From Promethearchaeota archaeon (GTDB lineage Archaea > Asgardarchaeota > Lokiarchaeia > Sigyniarchaeales > SOKP01), in assembly GCA_048937405.1 (NCBI GenBank), contig JBHLNF010000007.1, forward strand, positions 64,001 through 128,000: a stretch of DNA of 64,000 bases. The letters are read 5' to 3'. Within the stretch, counting starts at the first letter, position 1, and each line of letters begins with the position of its first letter. The translations under genes were made by a program, and so were the position numbers. The notes beneath the pieces are model-generated. The model saw nothing but the letters and a program-made list of their open reading frames with translations. It was not told the DNA's origin and ran no database searches. Positions 1-9,844 of the stretch are shown in pieces.

Positions 1-976
1 CTTCTAAAGGGAGTATCTGGCGAGGTTCATGTACAACAAGACCTTGAGCATATTTTCTTAAGATAGAAATTATACTTAAAAACTCTGATTTTTTTATGAT
101 AGTATTTATAGCAAACCATCCTTCAGAATCTGCCCCAGCTAATTTAGAAATTGTAGGACGCTTTAATGCGGGGAGGGATTTTAAAATTATATCTAAGTTC
201 TCTTCTCTAACATTTAAAAATACATGGAGAGATTTTGAAGCTTTTATAACGCCTTTTAACAGAACCAAAATATCTTTAATTTTTTCTCTTTTCCATTCAT
301 CTTTTAAGGCATTTTTATTTGCTATTAGAACAGCAGTAGAGGTATCAACAACCTCAATAATTTTTAGATTATTAGCTTTAATAGTTGATCCTGTAGCGGT
401 GTTATCAATAATAACATCCACTTCTTCTGGAGGTTTGGCTTCAGTTGCTCCAAATGATAAAAATATCTTAATTTTATCATTTTTTCCCCATTTTCTCCAA
501 GGAGTAATTATGAGAGGATTAATATCACCATAAAGTTTTTTATATGTTTTATTATTTTTAATGTAATCTAAAGAAAGAGTTAGATATTCAGTAGAGATTC
601 TTAGAACCTTCTTATCATTATAGAATTTTAAGAGCACATCATCTAAAGAATTGATGTGTTCCCAATCATTAGGAATACAAAAAACAATTGAAACGCCACC
701 TATTTCTAAATCTAATAATACTTCCACATCTGCATTAGTTTCTTTAACCCAATCTTTCCCTGATATTCCTAAATCAAATTCATTTTCGCCAATTAAATAA
801 TTAGGAATTTCTTGAGGACGTAATAATTTAACATAAATTTCTGAATCTTTTACAGATGGTCTATAATCTCTTTTTGAAGAAAATGTAAGCTTTAATCCAG
901 CTCTTTCAAAAAAGGAGGCAACTTCATCATGAAGGCTTCCTTTAGGAAGTGTAATTTTTAATTTTTTATTATTCAT
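1..976 (-). CDS. hisG: ATP phosphoribosyltransferase (long form), 3' end runs off the window
   Basis: Not in ORF track. Manual translation from ATG at 976: MNNKKLKITLPKGSLHDEVASFFERAG...LLRPQEIPNYL...FDLGISGKDWVKE...; HisG PKG, RPQEIP and DLGISGxD motifs. Confidence 0.93.
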   Translation of the reverse strand, partial: MNNKKLKITLPKGSLHDEVASFFERAGLKLTFSSKRDYRPSVKDSEIYVKLLRPQEIPNYLIGENEFDLGISGKDWVKETNADVEVLLDLEIGGVSIVFCIPNDWEHINSLDDVLLKFYNDKKVLRISTEYLTLSLDYIKNNKTYKKLYGDINPLIITPWRKWGKNDKIKIFLSFGATEAKPPEEVDVIIDNTATGSTIKANNLKIIEVVDTSTAVLIANKNALKDEWKREKIKDILVLLKGVIKASKSLHVFLNVREENLDIILKSLPALKRPTISKLAGADSEGWFAINTIIKKSEFLSIISILRKYAQGLVVHEPRQILPLE

Positions 977-1220
977 TTAACGTCACTAAATTTTTGAAAT
1001 ATAATAATTTATTTATGAAAAAATTTGCAAATTCTATTTTTAATCAGACTTTTTAAGATTGTTTACATTATCTAAATGCTTTATAGATAATCTTAAAATA
1101 TGAGTAAACAAGTATTATTGAATGTTTATAGAAATTATTGTTAAGATTACTTTAATCTTAATTATATTTCTAATAATCCTTTTAAATTTTTAGGGGATAT
1201 AGAACCTACAACTTTCAGGT

Positions 1221-1265
1221 AAGGTAAATTCAGCGACTGATTTCAATGAAAATTTCATGTAAAAA
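1221..1265. repeat. Direct repeat copy 1 (core CTGATTTCAATGAAAATTTC at 1237-1256)
   Basis: 20-bp core identical to 1876-1895; imperfect similarity extends over about 45 bp. Confidence 0.85.
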
Positions 1266-1382
1266 ATGAGATGAAAAAAACTGAGAGTGTTCTTTGATAT
1301 TTTACTTTTTTTCGTAATTAAATCATAAGAATTATGAAATATAAGATTAAAACAATATAATTTTCTTATAAAGATAACCTGA

Positions 1383-1760
1383 TTATTGCTTTCTCAATGC
1401 CTTTTCAATACTATCTAATTCTTTTTCTAATTCCTTTTTCCTTTCTTCAAGTAAGTTCTCTCGTTCTATCAGTTCTTCCTTACTTGGTGTCGTCAAATAT
1501 TTTCCTTTTTCATGATTGGATTGCGAATTTTTCAGTTCTTTTAAAACTTCACGTCTATTTAACTTTTTAAATGATGGATCTGATTTATTAGGATAGATTG
1601 ATCGATTAATTTCAGCAATCCTTTTCCTTACTGCAGATCTAATAAATTCAGACTTAGTTTGTAGTTGTAAGTGTGAATATCTGTCTATTTTTTTGTATAG
1701 CCTTTCGGATACCATAACTTTAATAAATTTCTCTTTTTTTTCATCCTTCATTTTAAACAT
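1383..1760 (-). CDS. Ribbon-helix-helix (CopG-like) transcription regulator with C-terminal coiled coil
   Basis: FIKVMVSERLYKKIDRYS...TKSEFIRSAVRKRI is an RHH pattern. Confidence 0.75.
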   Translation of the reverse strand: MFKMKDEKKEKFIKVMVSERLYKKIDRYSHLQLQTKSEFIRSAVRKRIAEINRSIYPNKSDPSFKKLNRREVLKELKNSQSNHEKGKYLTTPSKEELIERENLLEERKKELEKELDSIEKALRKQ

Positions 1761-1777
1761 CTACTATTGATATAATT

Positions 1778-1803
1778 ATGATCATTATGATCATCATGAT
1801 CAT
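1778..1803. promoter_or_regulatory. Three tandem ATGATCAT palindromes (9-bp period), putative operator of the RHH gene
   Basis: ATGATCAT at 1778-1785, 1787-1794 and 1796-1803, between a TATA-like element (minus-strand TTTAAATATAAA, about 1805-1816) and the RHH start at 1760. Confidence 0.6.
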
Positions 1804-1859
1804 CTTTATATTTAAATTTAATTAAAATCAAAAGTATATTTTTTGTGAAAATAAAGGGA

Positions 1860-1904
1860 AAGTTAAATTTTGCATCTGATTTCAATGAAAATTTCTTTGA
1901 AAAA
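1860..1904. repeat. Direct repeat copy 2 (core at 1876-1895)
   Basis: Matches copy at 1221-1265; the pair brackets the RHH gene. Confidence 0.85.
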
Positions 1905-2024
1905 CTTTTCTCATCTAATAAATTATACCTAGATCAATTGAACAATGAATTTTCAAGAGTTATAAAGGTATATATCTTCAAATTACAGCGGCTTTACTAT
2001 TTTGATTTAAGAAACTAAAAAAAA

Positions 2025-2351
2025 TTAATTAATAATTTTTTGAATCATTTCATAATTTCCGGTACATTGAATTTTTTCTTCTCCTTCTTTTATATAGAAT
2101 TGAACATCGTAGTATGGCCAAAAAATTCTTTGCTTACCAACTAAGCCTCTTGTTACCACAATATTCAATTGATTTTTCATCGATTCAACCACATTCATAT
2201 ATTTTTTATATTGTGTCTCAGTATCCTTCATTACTTCCACATTAAGCACCAATATTTCTTGACCTTCTTGTGCAATTAACTCTTTGAGACGCTCTATTAA
2301 ATAGATCCATTTAAATTCCCATGAAGTATTTTGTTCGGTCATAATTCCCAA
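2025..2351 (-). CDS. Hypothetical protein
   Basis: 108-aa ORF co-oriented just downstream of the TPR gene. Confidence 0.55.
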   Translation of the reverse strand: MGIMTEQNTSWEFKWIYLIERLKELIAQEGQEILVLNVEVMKDTETQYKKYMNVVESMKNQLNIVVTRGLVGKQRIFWPYYDVQFYIKEGEEKIQCTGNYEMIQKIIN

Positions 2352-2396
2352 TCATATTGAGATTATATAAAAAAAAAATTAAAGAGTTTCTCAATA

Positions 2397-4091
2397 TTAT
2401 TTATGAATATTCGGATATATTATCTTATTTGGGTAAATTTTACGTGCTTTTTTTATTATTTCAAGAGCTGCTTCATTTTTCTTCATATTAAATAATATTC
2501 CTGCTTGTTCTGAGTAAATTTCAAATAATAAGTCTTTTTCCAATTCTGGATTGAGAATATCTTCCAAGATTTTTAATGCATCTCTATTTTTTTTTAAATA
2601 GAAAGCAAGATATCGTGCTTTTTGTAAATATAACTGTGTTGATGTTGGGGCGATATTGATAGCAGTATTTAATACTTCTAAAGCCTTTTCATACATATCC
2701 AAGAAACAATAGACCGAGGCTAAATTTGAATAGTATTGTGGAACGGAAGGATCTATTTCGATAGCTCGATTTATTGCTTCTATAGCTTTTTCATATTTAT
2801 TCTTCCACATTAAAATATTTGCTAAATTTATATGATAATTTGCAACTTCTGGATTTATTTCAATGGCTTTTTTAATATTTTTCAAGGCTTTATTATATTC
2901 ACCATTAAATTGTAATATTTGCGTTTTAATAGCATAATTTAATGAATTTTTAGTATTTAAGTCAATTGCTTTATCAACGTATTCTAAACTATTATTAACC
3001 ATTGTATCATGTTTGAAATGTGGAATTTCTTTATTAGCTTCTTTAAGACATGTTATTGCTTTTTTTTGCAAATAATCCAGACGTTCAAAAATATATATAT
3101 CAGAAGTTAAAATTAAGGCAGGAATTTCTTTTAGATTTAGGTAATTAAAAAAGTATTTTTTCTTAAAGTCTTTAAACATTTTTATTAAATAATTCCTTAT
3201 TACGTAAAAAAGAGGAATTTCTAAACTCTCGTGAAAAAGATTGTACTTTTTAATTAACTCAAATAAGATTTCTTCACATAAATCATTTATAATGATTTCT
3301 TTAAAATTATTAGAGTCTACAATTCCTAAATAATAATGGCTTCTCAGGATAGATTGAATTATAGCTTTAAAAATCGTTCCATATTCATCTGTGGATCTAA
3401 AATATAGAATAATATTTTCTTTTGATAATTTTACTTCATAAAACGTAATAAAACAAGCTTCTTTCACAACAACTTGATGTAAGAACCATTTTAATTCCAT
3501 CTTAGTTAACTTATTCTTTCCATATTTTTTGATAAAATCCTCTAATGAAATTGATATTTTTTTAGCTTCATCAAAAAATTTTACGTGATTTAAAGTTAAA
3601 TATAAAATTGAAATATTTAACTTATCTTCAGAAAACGACTTTAAATTTTCTGTTGGTAATTCATTTCTAATTTTGAGAAACTCAATGACAATATTTATAT
3701 CTTTTATATTAAATAAATTTAAGAACTGATTAATTTGATCAAGATTTTTAGTGGAAACTTTTTGTTCCAAATTTAAAATAGTCTTAATATCTAACCTATA
3801 GGATTTAAGTCTTTTAATCAATTCTTTCACTCCCAAACTAGTGACTGAATAAATACTATTCTTTTGATCCCGTGTAACGTTGATAAAATTTTTGCTTTTT
3901 AATTTTCTCGCCCATTTATGAAAAGTATTTTTATTCATTCTATTTGATATCCCCTTTTCAGAACTGTTTATAAATTCTTCACGTCTCATTGGGCCATAGA
4001 CACCTAATATATAGAGAATAGCATCTTCATACTTTTTATTCTCCCAAATTTGAACAGGAATTTTATAAGGAATGATATTCATTTCAGCCAT
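2397..4091 (-). CDS. Winged-helix plus tetratricopeptide-repeat protein
   Basis: N-terminal wHTH (MNKNTFHKWARKL...YSVTSLG); C-terminal TPRs (KAIEINPEVANYHINLA, RAIEIDPSVPQYYSNLA). Confidence 0.8.
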   Translation of the reverse strand: MAEMNIIPYKIPVQIWENKKYEDAILYILGVYGPMRREEFINSSEKGISNRMNKNTFHKWARKLKSKNFINVTRDQKNSIYSVTSLGVKELIKRLKSYRLDIKTILNLEQKVSTKNLDQINQFLNLFNIKDINIVIEFLKIRNELPTENLKSFSEDKLNISILYLTLNHVKFFDEAKKISISLEDFIKKYGKNKLTKMELKWFLHQVVVKEACFITFYEVKLSKENIILYFRSTDEYGTIFKAIIQSILRSHYYLGIVDSNNFKEIIINDLCEEILFELIKKYNLFHESLEIPLFYVIRNYLIKMFKDFKKKYFFNYLNLKEIPALILTSDIYIFERLDYLQKKAITCLKEANKEIPHFKHDTMVNNSLEYVDKAIDLNTKNSLNYAIKTQILQFNGEYNKALKNIKKAIEINPEVANYHINLANILMWKNKYEKAIEAINRAIEIDPSVPQYYSNLASVYCFLDMYEKALEVLNTAINIAPTSTQLYLQKARYLAFYLKKNRDALKILEDILNPELEKDLLFEIYSEQAGILFNMKKNEAALEIIKKARKIYPNKIIYPNIHK

Positions 4092-4291
4092 ATTACTACA
4101 ACTTATTTTTAAAAATTTAAAATTAACTGATTAGGACAAGTATTAGGACAAAAGACATAAATCTCAATAAATTCAATTACTTTTTAATAAAATAGAAATA
4201 AATCTTCTTAGTTTAAGATTAAAAAAACTTTAATCAATAAGTCTATACATTTTAGTTATTTCACTTAATTTTAAAGAATAAAGGTGAAAAT

Positions 4292-4495
4292 TTGTATAAG
4301 AAGGTAAACAAAAAGAAGTATAAATGTCCTCGCTGTAAAAGTGAAAACATTTTAGAATTTGATACTTTCATCACATGTAATAAATGTCATTTAGATTTTG
4401 ATAAATATCATCTAGGGATAATTGATGATGAAAATATTTTAGCACATGAGGAATTAAAGGGCTTTTTTGACGCTTTTAATAAAAAAGATATATAA
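4292..4495 (+). CDS. Small zinc-ribbon protein
   Basis: CPRC...CNKC; GGTGA Shine-Dalgarno upstream of TTG. Confidence 0.7.
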   Translation: MYKKVNKKKYKCPRCKSENILEFDTFITCNKCHLDFDKYHLGIIDDENILAHEELKGFFDAFNKKDI

Positions 4496-4820
4496 TTTTA
4501 TGATTTTCATTAAATTAACTAAATAAAGAAAGGAAAGGGTTAATAAATAAAGATAATCACTTTATTTGGAACATATATAAAATAAAAATAGTTGATTAAG
4601 TGAAATGAATGATTAAACTCAAACATAATGGGATTTATTAGCAATTTCTAATTGAATATTTTAATACTTATCCTTTATCAAAGACTTTCTTTACAAATCT
4701 TAAATTTTAATTTTACGTGTAATTATTTGGAAATAGATTCTATTAAAATTCTATAAAAATTGTTGATATCAGTAATATGGACCTATAAAGCCTCTAGAAA
4801 TTAGAAAACCTTTAAAAAAA

Positions 4821-5189
4821 TTGATATTGAGTATTAAATTAGACAGAATTACTAATAATAAAAAAATGAGTATTATGAATTACTATATTTTTTTTGTAAC
4901 TGTGCCGAATATTGAAGAAGGGCAAAAAATAGCTAAGATATTAGTAGAAAACAAACTTGCTGCATGTGTAAATATAATTCAAAATGTTTTTTCAATTTAC
5001 AGATGGAAAGGGAATATAGAAGAAGATAATGAACAATTATTAATAATCAAAACCACAGAGCATAACAGTACTAAGATAATTAAAAAAGTAAAAGAAATTC
5101 ATTCTTATACAGAACCAGAGTGTATTGGTGTGAAGATTGAAAAGGGATCTGAAACCTATCTAAATTGGATTAAAGAAATGATAGAATAA
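4821..5189 (+). CDS. cutA: Divalent-cation tolerance protein CutA (true start probably 4867 or 4876)
   Basis: LVENKLAACVNII, SIYRWKG, HSYTEPEC, YLNW motifs. Confidence 0.92.
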   Translation: MILSIKLDRITNNKKMSIMNYYIFFVTVPNIEEGQKIAKILVENKLAACVNIIQNVFSIYRWKGNIEEDNEQLLIIKTTEHNSTKIIKKVKEIHSYTEPECIGVKIEKGSETYLNWIKEMIE

Positions 5190-5214
5190 AAAGAGAATAA
5201 AACATTCTAGAACT

Positions 5215-6051
5215 ATGCTATATGATATTTTTCAAATCGATTGGATCTTTGTCGATACAATTATAATAATTTTATTGATTTTACTCTTAATTTGCGTTAA
5301 GATTTTTAAATCAACACAACGATGGCGATCATCATTTTCTAATATAGCTTTAAATACTTTTTTCATTTCTGATATCCCTAATCTTAATACAAATGAAAAT
5401 CTTCTTGTAAAAAAGGTAGTTTTGATTAAAAATACTTCTTTAGTAGATAAATGCAATAAAAATCCAATTATTCTAATTTTAAGAACACATCCTAGAAGAA
5501 GATTATCAAGAATTTTAGCTGAGGGTATAGGAAGTAATGGTTACAATGTTATTTTAGCAAAAATTAAGATCAAGTATTATTCAAAAAAAAAAAATTCCCC
5601 TGAAATTATAATTAATGAGTTAAAATCTTTTCTTTCTATTATCTTAGATTCGTATAAAGAAAAAGGACTAATAATTAACCAGCATTATATAATATTAAAT
5701 AATTCAAGATTGTTAATTCCTCTTAAAGCGATTTTAACAGATAATAAAAACAGTGGTTTAATTTTAATCAATCCGAAAATAAATTCAGGAATTTTATATA
5801 ATAAAATAACAGCTAGTAGCGAAAAAAACACAAAAATGCCAATATATGCAATTTTCAGTAAAAATAACTTCTTTCTTTTCCCAAATAAAAACTTAAAAGT
5901 TCTACAATCTAATAATTTCTCTCAAAAATTGGATGAACTAAAAATTATCACTCTTGAAAAGGCAAAAAAATCATTTAAATACTATGAAACAATTATATTG
6001 GGAATTATTATTGATATTATTGAAAATAAATTAGTTAAAATAAATAATTAA
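5215..6051 (+). CDS. Hypothetical protein with N-terminal membrane anchor
   Basis: Hydrophobic N-terminus; operonic spacing with neighbours. Confidence 0.6.
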   Translation: MLYDIFQIDWIFVDTIIIILLILLLICVKIFKSTQRWRSSFSNIALNTFFISDIPNLNTNENLLVKKVVLIKNTSLVDKCNKNPIILILRTHPRRRLSRILAEGIGSNGYNVILAKIKIKYYSKKKNSPEIIINELKSFLSIILDSYKEKGLIINQHYIILNNSRLLIPLKAILTDNKNSGLILINPKINSGILYNKITASSEKNTKMPIYAIFSKNNFFLFPNKNLKVLQSNNFSQKLDELKIITLEKAKKSFKYYETIILGIIIDIIENKLVKINN

Positions 6052-6061
6052 TATTTAACTG

Positions 6062-6769
6062 ATGAAAAAAGAGAATATTTTAAGAGATCATAATGAATCG
6101 ATAATATATTCTGAAAAAGATTGGAATCTCTTAAAGGACAAAAGAGCGAATGCAATAAAACTATTAAAAATATTCACTATAGAAGGCTTTAATCCATTTA
6201 TTTATGGAAGTATTGCACGTGGCAATGTTCATGAAAATAGTGATATTGATATTATATTTCTTGACCAAGTTCCCTCATTTCAAATTGAATTCATATTAAA
6301 TAAAAATGGTTATAAAAATTATTTTAGAGAAATTATAATGGCAACTCCCTTAGATTCAATAAAACTTTACATTTACTTAAGTGAATTAGAGAGTATAACA
6401 ATACCATTATCAAAATTAGATAAAAATATTTTAGAATTTTATGATTTTGGTGGAAAAATCAACTATAATCAACTTGATTCAGATTTAAGAGTAGCGGGTA
6501 TTGATAAAAGACTAGTTCTAATCAACCCTACACCTGAAGGACACGAAGAAATCTCAATTATTGGAAATGAAGTAAGAGCTGCAAAAGAGGTAGGGATTAG
6601 TATTGAGACTTTAAATGAACGCAAAAAAGTGTTTTTAAGAAGGGAAAAACATGGAAGAACTGGTGTATTTTTAAAAAGACAACTTCAAATTAATGAAACC
6701 ACTGAAGAAGCTTTAAAAAATTTAGCAAATAAGAAATCTATTGTGAGAAAAAAATTATTTAAAATATGA
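6062..6769 (+). CDS. Archaeal Pol-beta-type nucleotidyltransferase (COG2413-like)
   Basis: YGSIARGNVHENSDIDI, RVAGIDKRL, GRTGVF. Confidence 0.85.
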   Translation: MKKENILRDHNESIIYSEKDWNLLKDKRANAIKLLKIFTIEGFNPFIYGSIARGNVHENSDIDIIFLDQVPSFQIEFILNKNGYKNYFREIIMATPLDSIKLYIYLSELESITIPLSKLDKNILEFYDFGGKINYNQLDSDLRVAGIDKRLVLINPTPEGHEEISIIGNEVRAAKEVGISIETLNERKKVFLRREKHGRTGVFLKRQLQINETTEEALKNLANKKSIVRKKLFKI

Positions 6770-7917
6770 GAAAGAAAATTTTAACCAAATCAGAAGGAGA
6801 AACTTATTTTATAAAAGTTAGGAGCATACCAAAAGGGTGTAAGTATTGTCTAGAAGGAAGTAAGGTTGTGTTATTTCTAAATGGTATTTGTCAAAAACCT
6901 AATCATTGTTCATGGTATTGCCCTATTTCGGAAGAAAGGAGAAATAAAAATCAAACTTATGCAAATGAAATTGAGATTACATCTAAAGAAGAACTAATTA
7001 AAGAAATAAATATGATAGACGCTCATGGAATGAGTATTACTGGAGGAGAACCACTTTCAGAGCTAAATTTTGGAAAAACCCTTGATTATATTAAATACAC
7101 TAAAAATAAAAAAGGAAAAAAATTTCATATTCACCTGTATACTAATGGTATTAATTTTAGTGAAGAAAAAGCTGAAAAACTATCTAGAGCAGGTTTGGAT
7201 GAGATAAGATTTCATCCTTCTAAAGAAAACTGGATTAATATAGAGAATGCTCTCAATAAACATATGACAGTGGGAGTAGAAGTACCCGTTATCCCTGAAA
7301 ATGAGAAGATAAAAGAACTCAAACAACTAATCCTTTATTTAAATACAATTGGAGTAGATTTTATTAATTTAAATGAATTTGAGTATTGTTTTCCTAATAG
7401 TCAATCATTAAAGGAACGAGGTTTTCAATTGAAAAAAGGATCAATTGCTTCAGTTGTCAATAGTCATGAAACTGGACTTAATTTAATAAGAACCATCGGT
7501 CCTAAAGTATCTTTTATGATGCATTTTTGCACTATAAAAGCTAAAGACTATTTTCAATTAAAAAACAGATATATTAGGAGAGCTAAAAATATCAGGCTAC
7601 CTTATGAAGTAATTAATGAAGAAGGGCTTATAATTTATGGACAAATAGAGGGAAGCAAAAAGGAATTAGATGAATTTTACAAAATTCTCTTGAATAAGCT
7701 AAAAATTCAAGATGAATTGATATCTTATAATAGGGTTAATATTAAACTTCCCTTTTATATCTCAATTAGGGATGAATTTTTATCACTTCTGGAAAATTAT
7801 GACTTAAAAGGTTACATTGTAGAGATTACACCTTTTAGACTTTTAAAATATCAACAAATAACTGAAAAGACCCCTATTAAATTATTTAAGGAAGAATATG
7901 GTTTTAATGGAAGTTAA
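6766..7917 (+). CDS. Radical SAM protein (archaeal COG2108-like)
   Basis: GCKYC, C-x5-CWYC cluster motif, SITGGEP, GLDEIRFHP, NLNEFE. Confidence 0.85.
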   Translation: MRKKILTKSEGETYFIKVRSIPKGCKYCLEGSKVVLFLNGICQKPNHCSWYCPISEERRNKNQTYANEIEITSKEELIKEINMIDAHGMSITGGEPLSELNFGKTLDYIKYTKNKKGKKFHIHLYTNGINFSEEKAEKLSRAGLDEIRFHPSKENWINIENALNKHMTVGVEVPVIPENEKIKELKQLILYLNTIGVDFINLNEFEYCFPNSQSLKERGFQLKKGSIASVVNSHETGLNLIRTIGPKVSFMMHFCTIKAKDYFQLKNRYIRRAKNIRLPYEVINEEGLIIYGQIEGSKKELDEFYKILLNKLKIQDELISYNRVNIKLPFYISIRDEFLSLLENYDLKGYIVEITPFRLLKYQQITEKTPIKLFKEEYGFNGS

Positions 7918-8383
7918 AAAGGTTAATATCAAGGACTTAAACAAAATATTAAATCTCGAAAAGAGAATTTTTAAAGAGAATGCATTTTCCAAGAAATTAA
8001 TAGAGAAATTAATTTCAAATAATTTGGTTTTTTTAAAACTAGAAATTTCTAAAATAAATAAAAAATTAATCGGATTTATCATTGTTATAAAAGATCGAGA
8101 GGAGAGTGTTAGTATTATTAATTTTCTCATTGATCCCAAATATCAAAATAAGGGATATGGATCATATCTTCTACAGTATACAATAGAAAAGATAAAAAAT
8201 CTAAAGAACATTAAAAAAATAAGCTTAAATGTTCAATTGAGTAATTCCCCCGCTATTAATCTGTATGAAAAATTCAATTTCAAAAGAAATCCAACAATTT
8301 TAGAGAATTATTATCAATCCGGAGAAAGTGCTTATTTAATGGAACTTGAAATTAACTCTCGATTAACTAAAACTTATAAATAA
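7898..8383 (+). CDS. rimI: RimI/Ard1-like GNAT N-acetyltransferase
   Basis: YQNKGYGS acetyl-CoA motif, NSPAINLYEKFNF, NYYQSGESAYLM. Confidence 0.82.
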   Translation: MVLMEVKKVNIKDLNKILNLEKRIFKENAFSKKLIEKLISNNLVFLKLEISKINKKLIGFIIVIKDREESVSIINFLIDPKYQNKGYGSYLLQYTIEKIKNLKNIKKISLNVQLSNSPAINLYEKFNFKRNPTILENYYQSGESAYLMELEINSRLTKTYK

Positions 8384-8456
8384 ATTCTATTACAATATGT
8401 GTAAATATCAATTTAATTATTTTTAATGAATTTAAAATAGAAGGTGTTTATTAAAA

Positions 8457-8609
8457 TTGGCTCCAGTAGATAAAGAACTTCAAGAAGAAATTAAAAAAGG
8501 TGTAACTCTTCAAAAAGTTGATGAAGCAGAATTAAAGAGACGTGAAGAAGAAAAAAAGAAACGTATGGAAGAATTAGAAAAAGTAAAAGCAGCTCTAGGT
8601 GAAAAATAA
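8457..8609 (+). CDS. Uncalled 50-aa mini-protein with WH2-like motif and charged single helix
   Basis: TTG start with AGGTG SD about 10 nt upstream; MAPVDKELQEEIKKGVTLQKVDEAELKRREEEKKKRMEELEKVKAALGEK; T-rich tract downstream. Confidence 0.75.
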   Translation: MAPVDKELQEEIKKGVTLQKVDEAELKRREEEKKKRMEELEKVKAALGEK

Positions 8610-8743
8610 GAAAAATACTATCTTTAAATGAGTTAATTTTTATCTTTTTTATTTATTTTATTTTCGCAAATATTTTTACTAACGCAGATTAAATTAAGCT
8701 TTTCTTTAATTTTAGATTAGTTTTATTTAATGTATAAATTTTT

Positions 8744-9835
8744 TTGATAAAACATAAGGATTTGAAAATTCTAAATCTCGACCTAAAACTTGGAGAAGTT
8801 ACAGTACAAACTGAAAATCTCTACGATTTATGGTCTCTGTATAATGTTATTGATAAAAATGATGAAGTAAGTGCTTTAACTCAGAGAAGAGTAGTTCTTA
8901 GAGAAGGTACAAAAGGTGAACGAAAACGAATGAGATTAAAATTAAAAGTCGAGGATGTCTCCTTTCATGAATTTTCAAATCGATTGAGAATTAAGGGTAA
9001 AATTCTTGAAGGTCCAGAGGATTTTGTCAGCTTTGGATCATACCATACTTTTAATATCGAAATACCCCAAAAAGTAACAATTATTAAGGAAAATTGGTTA
9101 AATCATGAAATTAATCGACTAAAAGAGACCTCAAGATTCAAATCTAATTTCATAATTTTAGTATGTGCAATTGAAACAGGATTAGCAACATTAGCACTTA
9201 TTACGAATTTTAGTCATAATCGAATTGCTACTATCAAAAAAAACATCCCTGGTAAAAGATATAAACAGACATACCGCAATAAGGCTTTAGAGGAATTTTT
9301 TAATGAAATAAAGAAAGTTATGATTGAAAATATTAAAAATTCAGAAATTGATTTAATTATCTTATGTGGACCAGGTAATACTAAAGATTATTTCAAGAAA
9401 TATTTTCAAAATATTCCTGATTTGGACTTTAGGGGAACAATAGAAACTTGTCATGCAAGTTCTGGGACAGAGAGTGCTATTAGAGAAACTTTAAAATCAA
9501 ATAAGTTAGAAAAGCTAAAAGACAAAATTAAAGTTCTGCAAGAAACTGAGAAAATTGAAAATATTATGGAACAATTTGCAAAGGATGCCGATCTCATAGT
9601 TATTGGAATTGAAGAAGTGTCTGAAGCCTCTGAAAAGGGTGCAATTAAACAATTAATGATAGCAGACATATTAATTAGAGGTTCTTCTAAAAAAGAAAAA
9701 TTAAAAATAGAAGAGATTATAAAAAATGTTGAAAATGGTGGGGGCGAAATTAATATAATGAGTACTGATAATATAACTGGGGAGCAATTAGTAAATCTAG
9801 GTTCAATAATAGGTATTTTACGATATAAACTTTAA
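8744..9835 (+). CDS. pelA: mRNA surveillance protein pelota
   Basis: DLWSLYNVI, RLRIKGKI, GSYHTFNI, IPGKR, CGPG, GILRY. Confidence 0.95.
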   Translation: MIKHKDLKILNLDLKLGEVTVQTENLYDLWSLYNVIDKNDEVSALTQRRVVLREGTKGERKRMRLKLKVEDVSFHEFSNRLRIKGKILEGPEDFVSFGSYHTFNIEIPQKVTIIKENWLNHEINRLKETSRFKSNFIILVCAIETGLATLALITNFSHNRIATIKKNIPGKRYKQTYRNKALEEFFNEIKKVMIENIKNSEIDLIILCGPGNTKDYFKKYFQNIPDLDFRGTIETCHASSGTESAIRETLKSNKLEKLKDKIKVLQETEKIENIMEQFAKDADLIVIGIEEVSEASEKGAIKQLMIADILIRGSSKKEKLKIEEIIKNVENGGGEINIMSTDNITGEQLVNLGSIIGILRYKL

Positions 9836-9844
9836 TTTAAAAAA

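Noticed and set aside
96-533. 145-aa + strand ORF
   Set aside because: Antisense shadow of hisG
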